From contig NW_005201792.1 in NCBI RefSeq assembly GCF_000372725.1, forward strand, positions 313,440 through 377,439: a stretch of 64,000 nucleotides of DNA, read 5' to 3'. Below the pieces are notes generated by a model. The model searched no databases, was not told where the DNA came from, and was given only the letters and a program-made list of their open reading frames with translations. The translations under genes and the position numbers were made by a program. Source of the stretch: Emiliania huxleyi CCMP1516 (lineage: Eukaryota). Positions 1-11,353 of this stretch are shown here, piece after piece. Numbering within the stretch: the stretch's first letter is position 1; the number at the start of each line of letters is the position of its first letter.

Positions 1-1450
1 GGCAAGCGGAGGGTGAGCGGCGGGTGGGTGAGGGGCAGGGGAGTTGGGAGGGGGCGGGGAGGAGGGAGGCGGCGGCGGGGAGGGAGGGGGCAGAGGCACC
101 TGCTCTGCGTAGCCAGCCTCGACGAGCGTGCCGTCGTCGAGCCACGCGGCGGCGGCGACAGAGGGGGGCGCGTCCGTGTGGGAGAGGCGCGCGCGCTCGA
201 CGTAGTTCCACTCGTGCGTGGACGGGTTTGGCGGCTGCATCCCGGCGGCGGCGATGCGCTCCTGCAGGGAGGGAGCGAGAAGGGTGCGGCAAGGGTCGTG
301 GACACACCCTGGCGGCGATGGCTGCGCGCCGCGGCGAGGTGGACCTGCGGCGGGTCATGCTGGCTGGTGAGGGAGGGGGGTGGAGGAGGAGGTGGCAGAG
401 AAGGGGGGGGGGGGGGGGAGGAAAAGCAGGTGGTGGAAGGGGAGAGGGAGCGGTGCGGTGCGCCGGCTCGAGCTCGTGTACACGCAGCGTGCTGCTGCGT
501 TCGCACGCCGTCAGCAGCGCCCCGCTCGGCCGCACCTCTGCGGCGGTGAGGTGGGAGCCGTGCCTGCGACGGGAGATGCGGCCGACGTGCAGCCGAGTGG
601 CCGCCTCTCCTCACCTCTGCGGGGGTGGGGGGAAGCGTTGCCGGAGGGCGACGGAGAGCGGCGCCGCCTCGAGGGTGTTGCCGCGGGGAGTGACGCCAGA
701 CACGCGCGAGATGCCTACCGGCGATAGACTGTGCGTGAAGCGCGCAATCGCTCGTGAGTGTGCCGGTGCCGAGGCGGGGAGAGGCGCGCCGTCGAGGCCG
801 CCGCTCGCGACGAGGTGGCGCGATCGGCGCGCGCGCAGACCGCGGGCGGGCGGCGGCGCCGCGTCTGGCCGGTCGGCGCGGACGATGGCGTCCGGAGCCG
901 CCGAGACGCTCTTGACCGCCTGGTTGTGCGTCGGGCCCTCGACCTCCGTCGTCGTGCGCGTGAGCGGCTCATGCAGAAACTGGGCGAGCGACGGCGCCAT
1001 GTCGCCGAGTTGAGCCGCGGTCAGCCGGCTCTCGTGACCGATCGGATGCAGCACCACCATCACGAGGTCGCCGCCCGCCTCGCCCTCCTCGTCCACCTCG
1101 GCTCCGCCTGCGAGCGCGAGCTCCCGCTCGCCGGCAGTCGAGCAGCGCAGCGACACGACGGTCTGTCCGAGCGGCTGGCTCAAGGCCACGTGCAGGGTGT
1201 CGCCGCCGGCGGCCCACTGCGCGGCGTGCAGCGCCGTGCGGTTGCTGGCGGACGCGCACCAGTGCTCGCTGTTGAGAACAAGTGGCACATCCGCCGTGAA
1301 GGGAGAGGCGAGCTGCCGCACCGCCGCGAGGGACGCAAAGTCGCAGTGGAGCAGCAGGCACCAGCGGAGGTCGACACTCTGCACAAAGATGTCGAACGTC
1401 GCCGCCTCGCCTTCCAACTCGTGCGTCGGGGGCGATTGGGAGCGGTTCAT
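1..1450 (-). CDS. Hypothetical multi-exon protein, probably continuing off the left edge
   Basis: ORF 611..1450 has protein-like composition (MNRSQSPP...FDIFVQSVDLRWCLLLHCDF). A later minus-strand segment reads AAAAWLDDGTLVEAGYAEQ. Splice-like sites lie near 540-615. No family recognised. Confidence 0.45.
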
Positions 1451-1683
1451 ACAGGATTCCTAAATGGGCCCACGCGGAGAGGACGAAGGTGCGAACTCGG
1501 CCCCGATCCTTCTCTTCTGCGCGACCACTCGGGGAAAAGGTGTGTCGACCCCAAATCGGGTCCGGACTTCGGACCCGATTACGCTGCCGCCTCGCGCGCA
1601 CCGCTGCTGCCCTCGCCAGCAGCCGCCGCGGTCGCAGTGCCATCGTACGGACTGGCGGTCGACTCGCCACATCGATTTCAACT

Positions 1684-2444
1684 CACGCGACGCGCTCGGC
1701 CTCCGCTGGCGGCTGCCGCAAGAGCGGCTGGCTCACGGCAGCGTCTCGCCGGTTGCCGGATAGGAGAGTACAGAACGTCTGGAGTGTAACTGTGTACGTG
1801 AGATCGGTTTTGATAACAAGCACGGTCGATCCGTCAAAGCGATACACTCGTTCGCTATCTCGCTGGAGGGCTGGCACGGAGCTCTGTGCCGACAAACAGG
1901 AAGAGCCGAGCGGCAAGAAGGGCTCGATGGGGAGCGAGAACCGTCAGAGGTGCTCACCCAGGTTTCGGAAGTCCGCCTTGATGCGGTCGGTTCCCCCCAG
2001 GTTTGAACGCGCAGCTCGCAAGACTCGTCGAGCACTCGCAGCCTCTCTGCGCCTCTCATGCTGCCGCTCTGCGGGACGTTCAGTCTTTCCGGAAGATATC
2101 GTCGAGTTTTGGAAGCTGCGCGGTCAAACCTGGGGGGAAACAAGAGCGTCACGACGGACTTCAGGTTACACCTAAAGCTCTTCTGACGCTTCTCACTCCC
2201 CATCGAGCCCTTCTTGCCGCTCGGCTCTTCCTGTTTGTCGGCACAGAGCTCCGTGCCAGCCCTCCAGCGAGATAGGAACGAGTGTATCGCTTTGACGGAT
2301 CGACCGTGCTTGTTATCAAAACCGATCTCACGTACACAGTTACACTCCAGACGTTCTGTACTCTCCTATCCGGCAACCGGCGAGACGCTGCCGTGAGACA
2401 GCCGCTCTTGCGGCAGCCGCAAGCGGAGGCCGAGCGCGTCGCGT
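1684..2444. repeat. Long inverted repeat (foldback) centred near 2060
   Basis: About 1684-1948 is a near-perfect reverse complement of about 2182-2444. The inner arms (about 1950-2035 and 2095-2180) are more diverged. Weaker complementarity extends to about 1530 and 2560. Confidence 0.95.
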
Positions 2445-2639
2445 ATCGATCGAGCTCGCGATCCGGGCCGTGGAGCCCACGAGGAAGACTTCGTCTGCTG
2501 GGACGGAGTCCCGACGCTCGCTGCGTCCGATGGAACTGGGGTCTACACACCTTTCGTTTCCGCGTCCCGCAGTGGTTGTTGTTTTTATCCCAGGCGCCTC
2601 CGTTTCGTTCACGTGTGTCCGAGCGCCTCTTTCACAAGA

Positions 2640-3889
2640 CTAGTGGGGGACCTGCGGCGGACCCGCCTCTGTTGTTCGCGGGCAGTGAGAGACGCGTGCC
2701 ACTGATAAGTCAGTCAAAGCAGTCGCCGTTGCATGCAGCGACTCTGCTCACGTGCCACGACTGCTTTGACTGACTTATCGCGCAAACACGATCGGCCATC
2801 GCACCCACCGCAAACACCTCGCCGCACAGATGGGGGGAGGCATAATCCCACACACACCGGAGCAGCGCAGACACCTTACACGTCAGCGCTCGCTCGATGT
2901 GGCCGGCGCTCTCCCCTCTCCTATCGCCTTTTCAACGACGGCGTGCGGCCACGCGCCGCGCCGAGCCGGTCTCGGCGGGAGACCTCGGAGCCGCACGCGA
3001 TGCGGGCGTGCGCGATGGCTCCGTTGGCTCCGTGCCTAAGGCAGATAGATTAGGGTGTGAGCTGCGGCAGCCACCGTTTCTGTACCTCGATCACGTGCAG
3101 GCCGTCGGAGGCCGCGATGGATGGCCCAGGGCCGGCGGCGGCGAAGGCGTCCGTCGATGAAGGGATGTCCTCGAGGGAGCCATCGTCCTACGCGGCGGTG
3201 CACCGGTCCAGTTGTCGGAGTTCGAGATCGCCGTCGACTTGGAGAGTTCGGCCCGTTGACGAACTCACGGAATGTGAGCGACTTGGTGCACGCTGATAGT
3301 CGAGCATCATGGCTCGCACCTCATCCTGAGCGCAAGGAACTCGCCCAGGGGCCAGCTGTTGGCGTCGCCGTTTTGATCGACCTGCATCCACTGCATGGTT
3401 TCGTAGTCAAGCGTAAACGCCCAGGAGTTGGTGCCTGGGTGACTTGCTGATGAGAGCGCCTTCCAGGCGGGTAGTCGTGCCCCTCACCTAAGGTCAGACG
3501 GCGGCGTCAGAAGGGGGGGGGCGGGGGGGGAGGGGGGGGCGAAGCGTGAACATGGAGGCAAGCAGGTGGTGGCTGCACCTGGCCAAAGCCGGCGACCTCG
3601 AAGTTCTCGTAGCTTGTGCGGATATCGCTGAGCGTGAGAGGGAAAGGATCGGCAGCAGCATGGGCGGCCGCGTCAGCGGCCGGAGAGGCCGGAGAGCCAT
3701 CCGACGGAGGCCGGTCGTGCATCGGCGCGTCAGCCGCAGGGGCCGGGGGGGCGGCGGCATCCATCGCTGCGGGTCGCTGCGGGCCGACGATTGTGGACTG
3801 ATCGATCGTCGGCGGGCGGATTTCGGCTGGGACGTTCTACGGTTAAACCAAGAGCGTCGGCGCCGACACGAGAGACTTATAAGGGTAGA
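2640..3889 (-). mobile_element. Non-autonomous Helitron-like element, copy 1
   Basis: Minus strand starts TCTACCCTTATAAG and ends with a GGCGG..CCGCC hairpin about 12 nt before CTAG|T. No TIR or TSD. Homologous to 3960-5689. Confidence 0.75.
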
Positions 3890-3959
3890 AAATCGAGCAC
3901 AATTGCGTTACATGGGCATGGCCGGGGTTTCTGCACCGAACGATCTTACTTTCGGTCTA

Positions 3960-5689
3960 CTAGTGTGGGACCTGCGGCGGTACCCGCCTCTCTGTTGTTC
4001 GGGCAGTGAGAGACGCAGGATCTGCGGCACGCCAAAGTGGGCACTCCGCATTTGCATTTTTGTTTTGGGTTGTCGGAGATCATCCATCAGCACTCATGTC
4101 TCATCAGTCAGTCACGTCAGTCAAAGCAGTCGTGGCACGTGGAGCAGTCGCTGCATGCAACGACGCCGCCACACGCTCCGGACGACCCCGACACACCGAC
4201 ACACCACGCACAAAGGGAGGCTATCGCGCACGATCGGGCATCGCGCCGCAAACACCTCGCCGCACAGATGGGGGGGAGGCAGAATCCCACACACACCGGA
4301 GCAGCACAGACACCTTACACGTCAGCGCTCGCTCGATGTGGCCGGCGCTCTCCCCTCGGTCCTATCGCCTTTTCAACGGCGGCGTGCGGCCACGCGCCGC
4401 GCCGAGCCGGTCTCGGCGGGAGACCTCGGAGCCGCACGCGATGCGGGCATGCGCGATGGCTCAGTTGGCTCCGTGCCTAAGGCAGATCGATTAGGGTGTG
4501 AGCTGTGGCAGCCACCGTTTCTGTACCCGCTCGATCACGTGCAGGCCGTCGGAGGCCGCGCTGGATGGCCCAGGGCCGGCGGCGGTGAAGGCGTCCGTCG
4601 ATGAAGGGATGTCGTCGAGGGAGCCATCGTCCTCCGTGGCTGGTGCACCGGTCCAGTTGTTGGAGTTCGAGATCGCCGTCGAATTGGAGACGTTCGGCCC
4701 GTTGACGAACTCACGGAATGTGAGTGACTTGGTGCACGCTCGGTCGAGCATCATGGCTCGCACCTCATCCTGGGCAAGGAACTCGCCCAGGGACCAGCTG
4801 TTGGCGTCGCCGTTTTGATCGAGCTGCATCCACTGCATGGTTTCGTAGCCAAGCGTAAACGCCCAGGAGTTGGTGCCTGGGTGACTTGCTGAGAGCGCCT
4901 TCCAGGCGGGTAGTCGTGCCCCTCACCTAAGGTCAGACGGCGGCGTCAGAGAGGGGGGAGGGGCGCGAAGCGTGAACATGGAGGCAAGCAGGTGGTTGCT
5001 GCACCTGGCCAAAGCCGGCGACCTCAAAGTTGTCGTAGCTTGTGCGGATATCGCTGAGCGTGAGAGGGACCGGATCGATCCGGGGTGAGAGCGTAGTGGA
5101 GACCGTCGTTGACCGTCCGCACGATGAGCGCAGGCCCGCAGCCAGATTTCCAGGGCAGATCGCCGACGAAGGCGTCGATCACGCACTCGGTGCGGGCGGC
5201 ATGCTGATGGTAGGTCGGCATTTGCTGAAGGTAGGTCGGCATGCCGGGACGGTTTGCAATTGACTTGCTGATGAGAGCGCCTTCCAGGCGGGTAGTCGTG
5301 CCCCTCACCTAAGGTCATACGGCGGCGTCAGAAGGGGGGGAGGGGCGCGAAGCGTGAACATGGAGGCAAGCAGGTGTGGTGGCTGCACCTGGCCAAAGCC
5401 GACGACCTCAAAGTTGTCGTAGGTTGTGCGGGTATTGCTGAGCGTGAGAGGGACCGGATCGGCAGCAGCGCGGGCGGCAGCGGCCGGAGAGGCCGGAGAG
5501 CCGTCCGACGGAGGCCGGTCGTGCATCGGCGCGTCGGCCGCAGGGGCCGTGGGGGCGGCGGCATCCATCGCTGCGGGTCGCTGCGGGCCGACGATTGTGG
5601 ACTGATCGATCGTCGGCGGGCGGTGTTCAGCTGGGACGTTCTACGTTAAAAGAGCGTCGGCGCCGACACGAGAGACTTATAAGGGTAGA
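3960..5689 (-). mobile_element. Non-autonomous Helitron-like element, copy 2, with internal duplication
   Basis: 5' end A|TCTACCCTTATAAG at 5689. GGCGG-GTA-CCGCC hairpin then CTAG|T at 3960. A^T target. Carries two copies of an exon-intron-exon module (FEVxGFGQ|intron|VRGTTTRLEGAL). Confidence 0.8.
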
Positions 5690-5851
5690 TGCCTCGCTCT
5701 GCAGGCACCGATGGTCCCCCGGGGGGGCTCAGTTGAAGATCGGTGTTTTTATCCGCTTTCTCGCTTGGACTGCTGCGCCTTCTCCACGCCAGGCCACTTA
5801 ACACCGGCGCGAAATCGCACAGAATCAGCACTTCACACCCCTCAAGGTCCG

Positions 5852-6881
5852 ATGATCGTCACCGCCGTACCGCCGGGCGCCGCGCTGCGCAGCGGCGACG
5901 GCGAGCTCCATAGCATCGCATGGTCCGACGCGCCAGCCTACACTTCCGAGCCGGAGCTGGTTCCGCCCACCGGCCCTCTGTGCGTTGTGCACCGCGACGA
6001 ACACTGTGTGGTCGTCGAGAAGCCAGCCTACCTGCCGACGGAGAACACAGAGCGCATCAAGGACTCGGTGCGCGCTCGCGTCGAGGCGCTCCTCGGCGCG
6101 GATGCTGACGTGCGGATCCCGCACCGGCTCGACTGGGAGACGTCTGGCCTCCTCGTGCTAGCCCTCGGCAGCGAGGCCATGCGCTCGCTCTCGATGCAGT
6201 TTGCGTCGCGGACGGTGCGCAAGTCGTACGTGGCGGACGTCGTGGGCGCTCCTCCCGCGAGGCTCGGCACGGTTCGCCTTCCGCTGTCGAGCGACCCCGA
6301 CCGCAGGCCACGGCAGCGCGTCGACTTTGGCGCGTCCGGCAAGCCCGCGGTCACCGAGTGGGCCGTCGAGCGCAGCACGCCGCACGCGAGTCGGCTCGTG
6401 CTGCGCCCAGAGACCGGCCGGCGGCACCAGCTTCGCATGCACTGCCTCGCGCTGGGCTGCCCGATTGCCGGCGATGGCCTGTACTCTCCCCCGGGCAGCG
6501 GCGGCCAAGGCCGAGGGAACGAAGGTGGTGGCGGCAGCGGCGGCGGCACCGCCCACGCCGAGGCCCAGGAGGCTGGTCCCGCCCGCCACCGGCTGCACCT
6601 CCACGCGGCGGAGCTGGGCTTCACGCACCCCGTGAGCGGCGAGCCGCTCCACTTCCGCTCCTCGCCGCCCTTCCGGCTGGAGAGCGCCGGCGCGGAAGCG
6701 AGCGGCAGCGACGCGCCGGGGCTGGAGAGCGCCGGCGCGGAAGCGAGCGGGAGCGACGCGCCGGGAGACGAGGGCGAGCGAGCTGTGCCGCGCCCCGAGG
6801 CGCCGCAGGCGGTGCTCACCTGCCGCGAGAGCACCGTCAACTCGGTCGCAGTGGAGGTATCGCTCGGCCTCGGCGCAGCCC

Positions 6882-6912
<31 letters not shown>

Positions 6913-8284
6913 AGGCGAAACGTGCGGAGCCGACGCCTCAAAGAGCTGCGGCAGCTCGGAGGGTGCCGCGGGGGGCACCGAGGACGCCGCGGCCGCCACC
7001 TTCCACGCTGTGCTCTTCAGCAGCTGCGGCCAACCCATCGACGGCCACGAGCTCGCTCCGGCGGCGGGCCGCCAGCTCTGCCGCTTCCACTTCTTGCCGC
7101 CCGACAGCGAGCTCGAGCTGCAGGTCTGGCGGCTGCCCGCGCAAGACGCCGCGCAGAGCGAGGACGCCGCTTGCGTTCGCGCGCGGGCCGCCTGCCGATT
7201 GCTCGCTTCGGCGCAGCTGCGCACCGAGGCGCTCCCGCCCGACCTGGCGTCGCACGGCATGCAGCCCGAGCTCTATGTCGGCGACGCGCACTTGCCGCTC
7301 GGCCCGTGGGTGATGACGCATCCCGGCAACTGGCTGTGGGCGGCGGCGCCCGCGTGCTGGCGGCCGGCCTTCGTCTGCGAGCTCTTCCGGTACGGCCTCT
7401 TCCCGCTGCCGCACTCGGACTCCCTCGTGCCCATCATCAACCCCGAGGAGCGGTACTGCATCGACTTGCGCGCCGGCCGCGAGGGCGGGCGCGGCGAGGC
7501 CGGAGGCGCGGGATCGCCGGTCCGGTGGGACAAGAGCAAGCGCGTCCGCCGGCACGGCCGCGACTTTGTCATGTCGGTGAACCGGAGCTTTGAGAGCAGC
7601 CTGCGCAGGCTGCAAGACTACCACTTGGCCAAGGGCAGCGGCTCGACGTGGCTGACGGAGCGGCTGCGGACGCTGCTGGTGGGGCTGCAGGGCGAGCCGT
7701 GGGGCGGCTGCGGCGAGCAAAGCAGCGGTGATGGCGGCGGCGGCGGCGGCGGGGGCGATGGCGGCAGAGTGGACCTCTGCATGTTCGAGCTGTGGGAGCA
7801 GACCGCAGGCGAGAGCGAGGCGGACTGCGGCGGGGGCGGCGGCGGCGGCGGCGGGAGCAGCGGCGGTGGTCCTCACGACGGGACGAGCGAGAGGAGCAGC
7901 GAGCAAGAGCGGCACAGGACGAGCGCCGGCGGGGGTGCAGGCAGAAGCCTCCGACTGGTGGCCGTCGTCGCAGGCTTCGGCGTCGGCCGCGTGTGGCACG
8001 ACTTCAGCATGGCCACGCTGGTCAGGGACCGGCGGTCGCCAGGCTCGCTGCTGACTAAGGCGGTCGGCCACCTCCTCGCGGCGTGCGGCTACGACCTCTG
8101 GTACTGGGGCTGCAAGATTGGGTACATGGCCGAGTACGACGACTACGGAGGCCGAGATTTGGGGAGGGAGGAGTTTTGGAGGCGGTGGGGCGCGGCGAGG
8201 GAGCAGCCGCCGCCCGGCGCGGGCAAGGGTGTCAGAGACGTGCTGCGCACGGGGGGTGGGCTTGTGCCGGCTCTGCTCGAGTGA
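5852..8284 (+). CDS. RluA-family pseudouridine synthase + FN3-like linker + Leu/Phe-tRNA-protein transferase (Aat)-like domain
   Basis: RluA motifs: VVEKPAYLP, HRLDWETSG (catalytic Asp), KSYVADV, TGRRHQLRMH, PIAGDGLY, LHLHAAELGFTHP. The C-terminal part has FRYGLFP, SKRVRR..FVMSVNRSF, TWLT, FELWE, LVAVVAGFGVG and YDLWYWGCKIGYM, in the Aat motif order. One uninterrupted ORF. Confidence 0.85.
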
Positions 8285-8435
8285 GAGGCTTGCTGTCGGG
8301 CAGCCCAGCGCACAACCCGACGAGATCTCACTAAGTACGGAAGGGAAAAAGGGAATATTCCAAAGGTGATTGAGTCCCGTAAGGAACGTCTTCGCCGACT
8401 CGAGGTGTCCTTCCCCGATCTCTGCCAACTCAACA

Positions 8436-10741
8436 ATGGTTGCCCCTCAGCCGTCCGGTCGCGCGCCCACCATCCACAGCACTCCTCTCAATCGCGGCTT
8501 GGCCGAAGACGAATGGAGCCGCGCTCCTCCGCTCTGCAAACACCTCGGCGATGACGACGACATCGACGATGACCATTATCCCGAGATCCTCGAAGTGCTC
8601 AAGACGCTCCCGTGTATCCCCGAAGTCTCGTCGCAGCTTTCAAGCAGCTGCGAGCTCGGCCGCTCGGCCGCGGCGCTGCGTATCGTCCACGTCACGGACG
8701 TGTACATGTATGCCTCCCTTGCGCTAGCGTTCTGACCCGACTCGCCCAGCACTAACCAATCCTCCGCCCGACCCGCAGGCTCGACTACTTTCCTCACCTC
8801 TCGACGCTCATCAAGGCAAAGCGGGCAGAGTTCAGCGACGCGACCGGCGGCGCGGGCAAGACCGTCTCGATGCTGACGGGTGACTTCCTGATGCCGTACC
8901 TGCTCTCGACGCTCGACCAAGGCAAGGGGATGATGGACCTGATCAACGCCACTCCGATCGACTACCTCACCTGGGGCAACCACGAGGACGACCTGCCGCA
9001 CAAGGAGGTTTGCGCACGCGAGCGCGAGTACCAGGGCACCTGGATCAACACCAACATGACGTCCCACGAGTCCTTCAAGGGGTCGGCGTGCCAGACAGAT
9101 GCCGCCACCATCCACCTGGCATCCGCGGATGGCAGCAACATGCGCAAGGTCGGTCTGATCGGGCTGCTCTCCGACGGGGTGGACGACAAGCTCTACAAGA
9201 AGGGCGCCTTCGGCGGAGCGACCATCGAGGACCCGTGGGAGAAGATGGCCGAGTACAAGCCCAAGCTCGAGCAGCAGGGCTGCGACCTCGTCGTCCCGCT
9301 CTGCCACCTCTACGAGCCGCAGGACGAGCGGACGTGCCGCGAGTTCGACTTCCCAGTCATCCTCTCTGGACACGACCACCACCGTGTCGACCGCATCGTC
9401 AACGGCACGCGCATCCTCAAGCCCGGCCAGGACGCAAAGGCGGCTATCATCGTCGACATCCACTGGCCGGACGGCGAGCATGGCGAGCCAGTCATCCATG
9501 CTGAGACCATCGAGGTGTCCGACTTCGCGCCGGACCCCGCGCTGCAGCAGCGCGTCAAGAAGGCGTACTCCATCCTCGACTCGCTCAAGTACACGCAGCT
9601 GGGCGTGATCACGCCCGAGCTCCGCCCCTTCTCATCGGTCGGCACGCGCGAGCGCCGCACCACCACCGCCACCTTCATCTGCTCCAAGCTGCGCGACGCG
9701 CTCAACGCAGAGGTGGCGCCCGGGGCCGACCTCCACTGCGAGTGCTGCCTCATTCGTGGCGGCAACATCAAGGGCGGACGCGACTATCCCGACGAGACGC
9801 AGTTCACCCTCGAGGTGCTCCGCTCGGAAATGACCAAGCCGTATGAGATCGTCGTGGTCGAGCTCCCGGGGTCGTTGCTGCGCGGAGGCCTGCGCGAGAC
9901 GTGGCAGCGCCCGTACCCGGGTTGGCTGCAGCACGACGATCGAATCGAGACGGACGAGGAGGGCTTCGTGGCCGCGATCGGCGGCGAGCCGCTGTGCGAC
10001 GAGCGCAGCTATCGCGTCGGCTTCATCTTCGAGGACGACGGCGTCTCCCTCGTCCACGACGCGCCCTCGATCACGGCCTACATCCGCGCCCACCCCGAGA
10101 TCGTCCCTGCAGAGTGCGCGGCGATCCCGATCGAGTCGCTTCTCATGAAGCACTGCGCGGCCGACGCCTGGGTGTACATCTTCCGCGCGCTCGACTCGAA
10201 TGGCGACGGAGCCCTCTCCCGCGCCGAGCTCGCCGCCGTCGGCCAGGCCGGCGTGCTGACCCGTGCCCAGATCAAGAAGGCTCTGCGAGACATTGCCGGC
10301 TACGACACGCACGAGGCTCAGGAACTCTTTCTCGACGCGGTCCAGCGCGCCGCGGGGCTGCCGGACGGCAAGGCCGAGCTCACGCTCGAGCGCATGAACG
10401 AGCACTTTGAGGCGCACCACTCCCACCGCTCCACGCCGCCGGTGACCCCGAATGCCTCCCCGACGCCAACTCCGGTGATAACGCCCTTCGCGTCCTTCTC
10501 GTCGCCAACACCCTCGCCGCTGCCATCGCCCGCAAAGGATGATGACAGGCTGCATCGCGGCTTCGACATGCACCTGTTCAAGTCCTCCCTTCTGGCGGGG
10601 CAATCAATTGTCGCCGGGCGCAACCGGTCGTGGCACGTGCGGAGCGCCAAGAAGGGGGCCAAGGGGCAGGAGTCCGCTCGCCCAGGGCGGCCGCGCGGAT
10701 GGTGGCCGTTCTCGCGGCAGAGCAAGCCTCTGGCCGCGTAG
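8436..10741 (+). CDS. 5'-nucleotidase/apyrase (calcineurin-like phosphoesterase + C-terminal domain) with EF-hand
   Basis: Motifs IVHVTDVY, GDFL, WGNHED, LCH, ILSGHDH, GGNIKG and EF-hand loop DSNGDGALSRAE. GT-AG intron 8708..8778 joins the frames as TDVYMLDYFPH. Confidence 0.9.
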
Positions 10742-11353
10742 ACGGTTGCTTGAATGGGCTCGGCCCAGGACCCGTCCGATGCCACCGCTCTGTGCTCGCA
10801 GTGAAGTTGTCTTTGGCTCTGCTAGTCCCCTGAGACTGGGCCTGTACTGACGTACGTATGCGTCTCGAGTATTCTTGCCTTGTGTTTGTGTTGACTATGC
10901 GGTACTTTAGCGACTTAGGTGTGCTGGCCCCCTGTCTGTGAGAGCGGGCATGTACGTATATGTGTATCGGAGTATTCTTTCGTGCCTTGTGCTTGTGTGA
11001 CTGTGTGCGCGGCATTTTACGTTTCACACTTGAGCGATCACTTAGGTGTGTGGATTTCGCATGTCGATGTGGGTGAATATGTGCAATGTACGCGCACTCG
11101 GAATTCCTGTCTTTTCGTTGTATTGCGCTCTCGTTTTCCGTCTGTGCGTTTTCTAGTTCCCAAGTTCAACTACTAGTTGTAACATTCTAATGACGAACTC
11201 GCTCGGGGGCACAGGACGCGGCACAAACGGGGCACAAACGCCAGGCTACAAAGACGGGGAGGCACGCGCAGTTTGACGCAGGGGAGTGTTTCGCGCGCTC
11301 TATTGTGTGCACGTGTGAGAGAAAGATTCTCAGAGAGAAAACTCAGAACGCTC

